DNA of 63,969 nucleotides, the filler included, from Trypethelium eluteriae (Eukaryota), in assembly GCA_051942245.1 (NCBI GenBank). It is 3 parts of 3 records of this genome, joined end to end, with 100 filler letters (N's around TTAATTAATTAA, not from the genome) between each part and the next. Parts side by side here need not be neighbours in the genome. Positions count along the whole stretch, not along the records: positions 45,492 to 63,969 come from JAVECL010000559.1; 2 more parts are not named here. One strand, 5' to 3'. Below are positions 49,581-61,776 of the stretch, in pieces; position 1 is the stretch's first letter; each line of letters opens with the position of its first letter. The notes below the pieces were generated by a model, which was given only the letters and a program-made list of their open reading frames with translations, was not told the origin of the DNA and made no database searches. Made by a program: the position numbers and the translations under genes.

Positions 49581-50200
49581 TGCCAAGACTTGGATGCCAA
49601 GACTTCACCATATACGTACAACATCCGCAGGGTAAGTCTGACCATGTCAAGCAAGTTCTTCGCTCCCCTGCGAGCCTGAGATAACGCTTTATCACACTGA
49701 TCCAATGGCACTGCTGAGCAACTCCTCGTCTTCTTGCTTGTGGACGAAGCTGTATCAGCCCCTTTGTCTCTCCCTACACTTTCGCGACAAGCGTGATCGA
49801 CCCCGCGGCGATCCAACGTCTGTATAGAGACACGAGAGAGTCGAGTTTTTTTCGCTGACCAATTTGCTGCTGTCAGACCGTCCAACTGGTGAGATTCGAT
49901 ACGCTTTAGGTCTCGGCGCTCATGAAACAACCCACTCAAACAAATATACGCGCGTGTATCACCCTTCCCGAAGCTTGCGGCAGAGCCTTGAAGCATCCAA
50001 AAAGCGTCATTTAGACGTTGGCTGCAACGGCGAACAACAGCCAAGAAATTGCTACTGCGGGATCTTGCGCTCAGGGAACCGGTTTAATACTCAGCCCCGC
50101 GACGCAGGTTGAACCGATTTTTCAACTGCAACAGGGCAAAGCGGGAACACGATTTCCGGCTGCCGTATACACGGCCGGCTTGGTAGCTTGACGCTTGGCA
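49581..50200. promoter_or_regulatory. Cluster of PacC/Rim101 consensus sites upstream of palF
   Basis: TGCCAAG at 49581-49587 and 49595-49601, GCCAAG at 50040-50045, and CTTGGCA (reverse) at 50194-50200. Confidence 0.7.
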
Positions 50201-50236
50201 TTCGTCTTTTCCTATGGAGGTGGAAAGCTCTCCAGA

Positions 50237-52718
50237 ATGACCGAGGACCTTAGCCGGTCTCCGTCACGCCATTCAAATTCTCACTCCGGCCGTTCCCTCG
50301 TCTCGAGACTCGCCTCACCCTTCACCTCCAAGACCCGCCCTTTCACCGATTTTACAGTTGATCCCGATGATCTCCATCGCACATACTCGCCTGGGGATAC
50401 GGTAACTGGCAGTGTTCGAATCAAAGTACTGAAGGCATTCCGGGTCACGCACGTTACACTTTGTCTGCACGGTTTCGTGCAGGTATTCCGGCATCCGAAT
50501 GATGGAGGAAACGTCTATCGTTTTCCACATGCGGGCCGGCGTAAAAGTGGAGGAGAATACTTCGGCAATGGATACGCATCGCTTTTCGAAGACGAGATAG
50601 TGCTCTGCGGTGAAGGTAGGCTGGGAGAGGGTATCTACCAATTCAACTTTGAGATGGATTTCCCCAATAAGGGCCTGCCCAGTAGCATTGATGTAAGTAT
50701 TACCGTGAACCTTGTTATCCCTTGCTCGCGGTGCGCTGATATTTACTTCGAAGTTCGAACGCGGTACAATATCATACATGCTCACTGCATCGTTAACGCG
50801 CCCGACAACGATCTCTCCCGTTGCTTACTGCGATCGCAAACTCAAATTTCTCGAAATGATTGATATCGCGCCGTTAGCTGTACCAAAGCCGCGCGAGGTC
50901 TCTTTGAAAGCAGTTTCCAAAAGATCACGAGTAAAGCAAATGTCTAAATTGCAGACAGAACACATTCATACCGCTGAAAGATCATCACCAGATCCTGCTT
51001 GCAACAACCAAACGAGTAGCATACAAGATGGAAGCCAAGCGCCTGGAAGCCAAGCGCCTGGAAGCCCATGTCCAAGTGAGATAAGCTTCGACAGTTTTGC
51101 TAGCAGCGGCGGGCGTAACTCTCATGTGGAATCTGTAGTCAGGTCATCAAAGACAAGTGACAGTGGCAGGACGCATGCCAATACCCCTGCTGGTGCCGCT
51201 AAAATCATTACAGCTAATGTTGAGCTCCTCAAACCTGGAGGTTTGCGTGGTGATCACATACCCCTCCGGATTACCGTCAATCATATCAAATATATCAAAA
51301 GCTTGCACGGGGTAATCGTGACCATGTATCGACAAGCTCGCGTCGACATGCATCCAATACTCCCCTTAGGACCAATGAAAAAAGGAGAAAAGGAAAAATA
51401 TGAAGACTACTACCCTAGATCTGTCACTGGCTTAGGAGGTCTATCACTTTCAGCAGCAGGCTCAAGTCAAATCTTCCGTAAAGACCTTTCTCAGTCCTTT
51501 ACTCCCCTCATTGTTGATCCGACAACCCTGACGGCAGATGTGAAAGCGGCAGTTCGAATACCAGACGAAGCATTTCCATCTATATCTGGTGTTCCGGGGG
51601 CCATGATCAGCTTTCAATACTACATTGAAGTTGTCCTTGATCTCCAAGGGAAACTCGCTGGGCAAGATAGATTCATACCAAGTACAGGACTACTCAATCA
51701 ATCAACGAGCTTTGGGAGCGCAGATGGCGGTGGCTATACCAATGATGGTACCCAGTCTGGTCCTTGGACTGCAAACATTATTGATACCGAGCCTATTCGA
51801 AGAGAAAAGAGTATTGTTTCTTGTGTATTCGAAATCATCATCGGCACTAAAGATAGTGAGCGGAGAGGCAAGCGCAGAGCTGAAGCAACTCAAGAGCCCG
51901 GAATCCCCGAGCATGCACGCTCCGGAGACGACCTTCATGAAGTTGTTCCCCCAGGTGATTCGCAAGAGCCGTACGGCGGGGAACAGTGGGCAGCGAATTA
52001 CTACGGGGATGGATACGGGTATGGACAGTACCAGGATTGGTCTTGGGATCACTACCAGATAGGACAAAGCCACGACAGCCAAGGTTATCTCTATCCTAAC
52101 CATGATAACATCCTTCAGCAACAAAATTCGATTCCAAATCTAGCAGAACAAGAGGCGCATCTGCCAGAGAAAGAACGCTTACGGAGAGCCGAAGAGCGTC
52201 TTTTGCCGAGTCAACCGCCAGCATCTGATGGCGATGGACCACCTCTGGACACACCGTCTGCTCCACCACTAGCCGACGGACCTATGCACTTAGAGTCTGG
52301 AAGCACCCTAATAGCTGAAAGCCCACAAGCTTTAGCTCACTCGAATGACCATATCGGAGACTTTAGTTCTGATATGCTCACTGCTGCGGTCCCAGGTGCT
52401 TCGGAACCGGCTCCTCGCTACTCTACGCTTGCGCCGGCTTCTGGCACGTTGCACAATGTTTCGGATTCGGAGCAACCACACGATTCGTTCGGCCCGCAAC
52501 TGCCTCCTACAGATGACAAGCAAGAGCTCCATAGAAGGCGACTTCAGATGGAAGCTAGCTCCCCTAATGATATGTCGGAGCTTGACGATGATGGGAGAAC
52601 GGATGCAGCGACAGTCCGTGCAGTGCCAACAGACGACCGCCCCTCTGCGCCGGTCATACCAGACGACATCGAAGAGGACGCAGGGCTTCCGGAGGGGTTA
52701 CCACGATATGAACGATGA
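50237..52718 (+). CDS. palF: pH-response arrestin PalF/Rim8
   Basis: Arrestin-N (YSPGDTVTG...GNGYASLFEDEIVLCGEGRL...LPSSID|FERGTISY; intron 50693-50753), arrestin-C (YEDYYPRSVTGLGGLSLS), EKERLRRAEERLLPS, PSAPP, TDDKQEL, C-terminal LPRYER. Confidence 0.94.
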
Positions 52719-53254
52719 AATGCGTTGCAATGTTCCGGCTTGCTTGACGGAATAGTCATGTGGTCTAATTTCACATAGTATCCGTTATCCGTTTACTTTT
52801 CTATTTCTGTGATCATTGCATCGAGAGAGCGCAACCTTAGAGGTGGGATGGAGTTGGCGGAATTTTGGTGAATACCCCAGGCATGGTCTGGCTGTCAGGC
52901 CAGCAATGTGTACATGGTGTCGGTGCTTACGCACCTACATAGAAGTTCGTCTATATTACGCTTGTCCTTAGCGTTGGACATATGTTTGAAGCTTCCGTCT
53001 CCAGGCATCGCCCCACTACTCATACTCAATGCAAGCCATTCAGCGTGGAATGATAGAGCATGTAATAAGCAAGACTTGAGCCACTTGGCCCTTGATCCTC
53101 CCAACGCGTATCCTAGCTCATGTTCCACTTCAAGTATTGCATTTTGACCACGAAAGCTCAGCGTATATCAGCGCTCGGCGCGTATCAAACGGTTCGTACT
53201 CATCCAAAGGTATTCCAAAACAATAGATAACCCGAGTTTTTCTTCATCCACTCT

Positions 53255-53821
53255 TCATCCATCTGCCCTCATCTCTCCCTGGCTTTCCCCATCTCCTTCC
53301 TGACCCCCATCAACCGCAAACACCACCCTCAGCCACAGACTACACCCCCGACAACCAACACACACCTCTCCACTTTCAACCTCTCTTTCCAGCTCCAACT
53401 CCGTCACAACAAAGCCGCGCTCCTGCCCACACCGACATTCCCGAGTCCACACGCCATCCCCCTCATCGTACGCTAAGTCGTCGAGATCGACGGTGTCGAG
53501 GCCGGAGTGGAATGTCTCTGCGTCGTCCTCCTTTCTTCGAGGGGCAGTGCGGGATTGCAGGAGGAGCTGGCGATCGTACGCCGTACGTGTGCGTGGGTCG
53601 GAGAGCACTTGGTAGGCAAGAGAAATATCGTCGATAGTAGGGACTGAAGTCTTCTGTGGATTGAAGCTTGAGGGGTTGCGGGGAGGAGGGGTTTGGGAGG
53701 TCTTGTCTGGGTGATGGAGTAGAAGAGCTCTGCGGTAGGCGCGTTTGATGGATTGGGCGTCGTATTGAGTGTGCAGAGAAGCGGAGAGGCCTAGAGTGGT
53801 GTAGTGTTCTTTGGAGCTCAT
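53255..53821 (-). CDS. dph4: Diphthamide biosynthesis protein 4 (J domain + CSL zinc finger)
   Basis: HYTTLGL...YRRALLLHHPDK J domain; VDLDDL, CRCG and CRGCSLWLRV CSL finger. Confidence 0.93.
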   Translation of the reverse strand: MSSKEHYTTLGLSASLHTQYDAQSIKRAYRRALLLHHPDKTSQTPPPRNPSSFNPQKTSVPTIDDISLAYQVLSDPRTRTAYDRQLLLQSRTAPRRKEDDAETFHSGLDTVDLDDLAYDEGDGVWTRECRCGQERGFVVTELELEREVESGEVCVGCRGCSLWLRVVFAVDGGQEGDGESQGEMRADG

Positions 53822-54856
53822 GGGCAGTTTGGTGGTGGGGAGTAGATGCGAAATGGAGATTCAACGAGGTTTTCCGAAAAGTTCGTAGAATTCTTAAGTC
53901 ACTTGAGTTTCTCTAAGTTCGCACACTCTGCATACCTTAGAGTACAGCGGAGGGGGGGTTCCCCAACTGGTAACTAATACATTGTTCTTTCGACATTACT
54001 GTTATGACCTTATTGGCCCATATTAAGGCGGTACAGTAAAGCTGAGGTAGCATTGTATTAATTACCAGTTGAGGAACCCTCCAAGCGCGGTAAGGTACCT
54101 AATGCACGCCTCTGGATCAACCAACTTGCCGTGCTTGACTTCTTGCAATGAAATGAAAGAGAAGGAACAAATGTCAGAAACTACATGTACTCTGCAATCA
54201 TTATCCGACGTCTATCCTAAATGGCTCTACGTACTTTCAAAGCTTAATATTCGGATTATCCATTTCGGCACATAAAAGTAGGAGCCGGGCCAGGGGTGGT
54301 CAATTGGTGCACAAGCACAAGTTACGCGTTTAAAAGGCCACTTTGCCGGTAATCTACATAGAGTACCGCCGCGAAATTGCACACCATTCTCGAACAGGTG
54401 ATGCAGGACTTTATCTTGCAGTCGGCAACGCAAACGGTGACGCGGTCAAGTCAGAGCCACTTTCTGAATTTCGATGGCCACGTCCACTGGGCGATGCGGA
54501 TATAGAAGAATCGCCGGCTGTTGTCGCGTCGTGCACAGAGATTCAAGCAGTAGACGCTGTTCGGCGATGCGTCTCCCTTCAATTCTTGACCTTCTCCATG
54601 ATGATCGCAGGGTTTTGCCAGTAGTAGACGATCGAAGCGAGATGAGAAGCAGCATCGATACCACGAATGTCCAGTGGCCCGAGCAAAGCCACTATCCAGG
54701 CTAAGTAGGTAGGTGAGAATTTTCCGTAGAGGAACAGAGAATATTAAATTCGGATTGCCCTTACTTCAGATTGTCTGTATGTTCTTTGCATTATCTTCTC
54801 TGAAGTCCGTTCAACTCTCGTTCGTTTCTGTTAGTGGAGCTACATATTGAACGACT

Positions 54857-56655
54857 ATGCGGTTCCTGTTCCTGTCTATGATAATAGCTGCGGCAGCTGC
54901 TTCGGCTTTGAGTCTTAGCAACGTGTGTACAGATAGCAATGTACAGTCGAGCTTGGCACCGATCACTATCAATGGCATTACCATTGACTCGAACTCTGTT
55001 GTAGCCACTCCGGTTTACAACTATACCGCCAGCGATTCTGATAACTATCCAGGTGCGAGCGGATTGAGTTTTTGCAATGTTACACTCTCTTATTCGCACA
55101 ATGGGATCAGTGATAATGTAGGTGATACGCTGGACCTTGCTTTGCTTTAATTTATCGACATTCGAGGTAGATGATGATTCTGACTGATTCCTCCTAGGTC
55201 CTCCTTTGGTACTGGCTACCGGCCCAATCTCAGTTCGAGAACCGCTTCCTGGCCACTGGCGGTGGCGGATACAACATTAACAGTGGCTCCTCGGGTCTTG
55301 CTGGTGGTATCATCTATGGCGCTGTAACCGGATTGACGGATGGTGGGTTTGGCGGCTTTGACGTATCACTGGAAGAAGTCATCTTAAAAGCCAATGGTAC
55401 CTTAAATTACGAAGCTCTGTTTGCCTTTGGATACAAGGCTATACATGAAATGACTGAGATTGGCACCGCCCTTACGAAGAATTATTATAACACTTCTAAG
55501 ACGTACACTTACTACCAAGGATGCTCTGAAGGCGGCCGTGAAGGCTGGAGTCAGGTACAGCGTCACGGCGATCAATATGACGGTGCGGTCATTGGCGCTC
55601 CAGCCTTTCGTCAGGCATTTCAGCAGGTAAATCACCTCTTTTCCGGTGTTGTCGAAGCAACACTCGACTATGCTCCTTCACCATGCGAGCTGGAAAAGAT
55701 CAACAATGACACGATTGCGGCCTGTGACTCTCTCGACGGAAAGGTGGACGGAGTTGTTAGTCGGACGGACCTCTGCAAATTACACTACAATGTTACCGCC
55801 AGCGTTGGTAAGAATTACTCTTGCGCCGCTTCTACTGGCTTTGGGGGCTCGACACCCGCAGCTAGTGGTATAGTGACTGCAGAAGCAGCCGCTGTCGCCA
55901 ACGCCATCTTGGCTGGGCTCCACGACAGCAAAGGTCGTCAGGTCTACGTCTCCTACCAATCCAGTGCCGATTTTGAGGACGCACAAACCACCTATAATAC
56001 TACATCGGGGCAATACTACGCAACAGCCAGCGGTCTCGGCGCCGCCTACATCCAACAATTTCTCTATGAGCTCAACGCGACGACCATGTCCATTGACGGC
56101 ATCACCTATGATACTCTCCGCGGCTGGATGCTCGAGGGCATGCAAAAATTTGCCGACACCCTACAAACTGTGTGGCCGGATCTTGAGACCTTCCACGCTC
56201 ACGGCGGCAAAGTGTTGCACTATCATGGTGAATCCGATCCCAGCATCCCAACGTCCTCCTCCGTCATCTACCAGGACGCTGTTCGCCGTACCATGTACCC
56301 AGGACTCGGCTTCAACGAGTCTTTTGCCCAGCTCGATGACTGGTACCGGCTTTTCTTGATCCCAGGCGCGGCACACTGTGCGCCCAACGCTGAGCAGCCG
56401 AACGGGCCATTCCCGCAGCAGACTTTGAAGACGGTGATTGACTGGGTGGAGAAGGGCGTTAATCCAAAGGTGCTGAATGGAACGGTGCTGCAGGGCGAGG
56501 AATATGGCCGGCATGAGGATATTTGCTCGTTCCCTTTGAGACCGTCATGGCATGGGGAAAACTCGACAGTGCAGTGTGTGTACGATCAGGTGTCTTTGGA
56601 CACGTGGTTTCCGGATTTGAACTCGATTCCTTTGCCCGTGTACGCGGATCCCTAA
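54857..56655 (+). CDS. Secreted tannase / feruloyl esterase
   Basis: Signal peptide; FCNVTLSYSH; intron 55118-55197; RFLATGGGG; GCSEGGREG nucleophile; HYHGESDPSIP; PGAAHC (CS-D-HC motif). Confidence 0.93.
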
Positions 56656-57174
56656 CTGACCGTAAACCGGAGCGAAAGCGACTGGGCTTGCGTGTTTAGC
56701 TCTTTGAGCTGCTGACCCCATTAGCTTCAGCTTTTTTAACCCTAAACTACTTCATATGAATGGTTTCTATCCTCTCCAGAAGTCGAGTTGATACTTCATC
56801 TCTGGAGGAAATGTTCAAATTTTGCAGTCTGTATATAGTGGGGGTTTCCTGCCCCTCGTCACCGCGTTGACAGAGGTACTGAGCATTCCTCCTGTTGCCG
56901 GGACCCGAGATCAATGAGAATAGAAGAACATTCAGTCAGAGTTGCCCGAAAAGACCGCTCCTCAATTAACAAGGCTATGAGTAAACAATGGTCTCAGTGC
57001 TCAAACGCTCATCTATCTCAATTCTCTAAATCGATTTATCATACTTGTAGGCTATAGACCGACACGGTAAGGTCCCACGCCCTACGTTCTCACGCAAAAA
57101 TCCCGGGCATACTTCAATTAAGCAGCGCCGATTGCCTTCCCTGTATTTGTGTTGCCTTTTCTCCACTACATACG

Positions 57175-57774
57175 ATGTCTTCTTCGAACTCTACCGTTCC
57201 TTACCATGTCGGCTCCTGTCTTTGCGGCACGATACGCTACTCTCTTTCCTCGCCTCCCACCCAGTGCGTCCTCTGTCACTGCAACAACTGCCAAAAGAGC
57301 TCTGGCTCCGCATTCATGACGAACAATTGGTATCCAGCTAATGTGCATACGCCCTTTCCGCCTCCATGTTCCGCCATTTAGACCCTACACAATTCCTGGC
57401 CCAGGATTATCACCTAAAAGAATGTCAAATTTCCTTCAATCCTCATCATTTGCTGCAATTCCGCCATGACCGGGCTGGTAGGCCTACTTATAACTCACTA
57501 GGCTTTCCAAATCACTTCCGAGCTCCTCCCACTCCGTTCATTTGTCGACACCAATTCTTCAACATCAGCGACCGTAACTCGCTACTTCTGCGGCACATGC
57601 GGTTCTCCGATTTATATAACCAACAGTCAATATCCAGATAGCGTTATTATTACGAACGGGACGATAGATGAGAAAGATGGGCATGAGTGTAGACCGGTGA
57701 AGGAATTTCACTGTGAGGATCGGGTAAAGTGGCTGCCGGAAGTAGAAGAGACAGAAAAGATACAGACGATGTAG
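57175..57774 (+). CDS. GFA / Mss4-like (CENP-V) zinc-binding protein
   Basis: GSCLCGTIRY, CHCNNCQKSSGS, intron 57343-57501, RYFCGTCGSP. Confidence 0.88.
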
Positions 57775-58677
57775 AAGATTGACGCTAGAAACTTATGGAA
57801 CACGTGAGGATAAGAGAAGATAAGAGATGACATCTGGAAGAAAGATAGCGTTTCGGAGACCAAGTCAGAAGAAATCGTTCTCGACAATGCCTAGAATTGC
57901 TTTTGTAGCGTCACTGCAGGGACTAGGAGAATTTCTACGACAAAAAATGCGCACATTTGTTGCAGTCGAAGTGAGCGTCAAACAACCGCAAGAACCTTAA
58001 GCATGAGCTGCACCTTTTCCGTGGATGGGTCTATGCCTGTGGTAGTCCTGTTTGTCTTTCTTATGTCATATGCAAACATCGTGACTCCTTGACCCCAAGC
58101 AAGCTCGCAGAGCGTGACGAGCTCTTGGGACATTGCGTCTCTTATTGATCTCGACAGTCCTCCGACGTCTGGTAATGTAAGGTCTTGAATGTCGGTTGGT
58201 GCGACTCCTACAGGGCCTACTGACGTGCCCCAGGACTATGGCCATTGCTGAACCGAGTTTTAGAACCGTTGGAGGTGACCCATATGTTTAGCTCTACGAG
58301 TTTGAGACCTCCTAGCGAATTTTTGGAAGAGTTAGTCCATAGGTATCAGAAGGAATAGCAGGAAGTAAAAGGAAAGAGCAACAGTCAATGAAGAACAAAG
58401 TCCTCGACCGACCCGCGGAACATAATCCGTCACTTTCCACTAGGCGTGCAGAGTTTAGTGAGTCGGCCAATTTTCGGCTAAACACGCTCATTATCGCGGC
58501 CCGCTTCGGCCTCGCAAAAGCTCTCGATGATCTAACAACTCACCTCTCAGCCTCGGAACCTGTAAACCACCTTTGCACGACGCCCTCGCAGGCAGATAGC
58601 TCTTGTCAAAAGACTGCTTGTCCTTCAGTCTCCACAAAGATAGCTCTGCTCTTCTCGCTCACGCTCATGCACCAAGA

Positions 58678-60846
58678 ATGGCCTTCGAAATGAGCTTCGG
58701 TGGTACTGACGACGAGAATGCAGAGCTTCGCAAGCTCCACGCAGAAGTTGTGCGTACAGTTCATCGCGTCTTCTGCGTCTTCTTCTCATTGCATACTAAC
58801 CTGCGCGAATTCAGCTTGAAAATCCCGACGAGTTCGAAATATGGGAGAAGCTTGTCAGAGCTGCCGAGACTCAAGAGGGTGGTCTGAATCGTAACTCTAG
58901 CCCGCAAGCTATCTCTTCTACCCGTTCTGTCTACGATAGGTTTCTCGCCAAGTTTCCCCTCTTCTTCGGCTACTGGAAAAAATATGCAGATTTGGAATTC
59001 TCGATAGCTGGGACAGAAGCTGCGGAGATGGTGTATGAGCGAGGGGTTGCCAGCATCAGCAATTCAGCCGATCTCTGGACGAACTTTTGCAACTTCAAGG
59101 TCGAGACTAGTCATGACCCCGACGTGATTCGAGAGTAAGTATACGGGAACGCCCTCTCCTTCCTTATAACCAATCCCAACCCTAGCAAGGACTACAGTCC
59201 TGTTGGGAGGGAAGCCGGGACTTTCAGCTAATCACAGGTCTTGATCCTGGGTGAGAAGATCACAGCTGCCTCCCTACCCTTCAATTTTGCTTCTTACATT
59301 TGCCATTCAGATGATTTCTTCTTCGTTGCGAAAACACTACACGTAACCTTACGTTTCCGGGTCGTCATTTCAAATCTTTTTTGGTTCAATCAACAGTCCC
59401 TGCGGCGCCGAGTTTTCTATGACTCAGTATGGGCTACATATATTGTGTTGGCACCCCTCAACCACCCTTCCTAATCCGTCCCCCCATTTCCCTGCACTTC
59501 AACTGACCACCCGAATGCAGGCTTTTCGAGCGAGGTGCCCATTGTGTTGGTCTTGACTTCCTGGCTCATCCATTCTGGGACAAGTACCTGGAATTTGAAG
59601 AACGGCTCGAAGCATATGACAGGATATTTGCTATCCTCGGTCGCGTAATTCTCATTCCCATGCATCAATACGCCCGCTACTTTGAACGATACCGCCAGCT
59701 GGCTCAATCTAGGCCTGTTCAAGAACTCATACCATCGGACAGACTTGCCCAGTTCAGGGCCGAGATTGAAATGGAAGGAATGCAAAAGCCTCGGACCGAG
59801 CTTGAGATCGATCGCGAGCTCCGCGCGAGGATCGACCAATACCACCTCGAGATCTTCTCTCATACCCAAACCGAGACGACCAAGAGGTGGACGTATGAGC
59901 AAGAGATCAAACGTCCATATTTCCATGTCACCGAACTCGACGAAGCCCAGCTGGTCAATTGGAGGAAATATCTTGACTTTGAAGAGGCAGAGGGAAACTA
60001 CCAACGTACTGCATTCCTCTACGAGCGTTGCTTGGTAGCAGCGGCCTATTACGAGGAATTCTGGCTGCGTTTTGCGCGCTGGATGTTTGTACAAGACAAC
60101 AAGCAAGAGGAAGTGCGAAACATTTACCAGCGAGCAAGCTGTCTCTACCTTCCAATCTCTAAACCAGCTATTCGCATTCAATATGCCCTATTTGAAGAAA
60201 TGTCCGGGAGAGCCGACGTCGCCGAAGCAATCCACGAAGCCATCCTGATGAACATCCCCAGTCACATTGAAACCATCATTTCCTGGGCTAATTTGCAACG
60301 TCGTCAAGGCGGCCTTGAGGCTGCCATTGAAGTATTGAAAGTGCAAATCGATTCGGAGGCGTGCGACCTCCATACAAAGGCAGCCGCGGTAGCGCACTGG
60401 GCGAAACTTCTTTGGAAAATCAAAGGCTCTGCGGATGAGGCTAGGTGGGTGTTCAAGGAAAATCAAGAGTGGTATCTTGCTAGCAAGCATTTCTGGAGTG
60501 AATGGCTCTTCTTTGAGCTGCAGCAGCCGACTAGTGCCGCAACCGAATCAACACAGCAGACTCGAATCAAGCAACTTCACAATGATATTCGTCAAACGAG
60601 CCACCTTACACCAGAAGTCAGGAAGGAGCTTACGCATTACTACCAGGTCTATCTTCTGGAGAGGGGAGGCAAGGACACTGCAAAGGAGTACATGGAACTG
60701 GATAAGGAAGACAACGGGTCAATCTTCCCAAACGGGTTCTTCGATCTTGCAATGAACACTGAAAACTCTGTTGAAGGCCATATGCTCTCCAAGCAAGAAT
60801 GAATCATGATGGAGAGGCTGTAATGCGTCAACGGCGGCATTCTTGA
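58678..60846 (+). CDS. prp39: U1 snRNP HAT-repeat protein Prp39
   Basis: Exons 58678-58749, 58815-59134 and 59521-60717, plus a probable last exon 60777-60846. Motifs FLAKFPLFFGYWKKYADLE, GLDFLAHPFWDKYLEFE and IKRPYFHVTELD. If the last intron is not spliced, the stop is at 60802. Confidence 0.92.
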
Positions 60847-61776
60847 GAACAATCGGCTGGTTCAGGGGCTTATGAAGCAGCGTTCTGGCAAGAACGCGAA
60901 CACCCACAAAAGAGCAATACGGACAGCAAGGCGAGTGACCCGAACGTATCAGCACGGCGAGATATCTGCGCAACTTGTGGTGAGGCTCACGACAGATGAC
61001 AGCAATTCTCAACATGATCTTGTCGTAGACAGTCAGTTCGTCTGCTGCTTCAGTACCCTTTTCCTTGCAATTCATAATAATATTCTCCTTTCTGTGCTTA
61101 TGGCGTACTACCTGGCACTTCTTCGTGACAACTGCACCCTTCAGCCAGCTGGATAAAGCGGTTCAGATGCTTTATGGACATACGAGACATTGGTTCGCTG
61201 AAGGAACAGCCGCAGTGTTTGTATCATATCTTTGTTTCGCTCGTAGCAGCCGCTGCAAGGTGGTCTGACTTCGAGTCGGGCCCAGCTCCTGCCCCAGAAT
61301 CATCTCTACATAGTGTCTCCAATGCTACAACTCGAAATTGCCTCAGACGCATTGAACCATAGGCGAACTACCTAACCTAGCGGGCGTGGCGTAGGCTTGG
61401 CTGCAGTTGATGGCTGCACGCCCCCTCCAACTTCCTCCACTAACCTCTGCTCCCGCACCTCTTAATGCCTGCGTCTTTAGGCATCCACTGCCCATGATGC
61501 AATACGGCAATAGAGCTTGGAAAATTCAGCCTTGGGCGACAAGCAGCGCGCCATCTCACTCGTCTGTGATCGCATTGAGCTGCAAGTCACCCATCAGCCA
61601 CATCCACCGGCGATCTTTGCTTGCGTGCGCCCTGCTTCGTGTCACTGTTGAGCCGTGAAACCAAGTGCTTCGTAGACTCTGGATCCAGCCCCCATACGTC
61701 CTGCTCTCCATCTCGTCCTCTACCAGAGACACTTCAATGGCAACCTGTTCACAAAGTCTCTTTCTCTTTTATCAAT

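Noticed and set aside
49256..50044. 262-aa minus-strand ORF
   Set aside because: It has a non-ATG start and no domain, and it spans the divergent promoter including A/T tracts.
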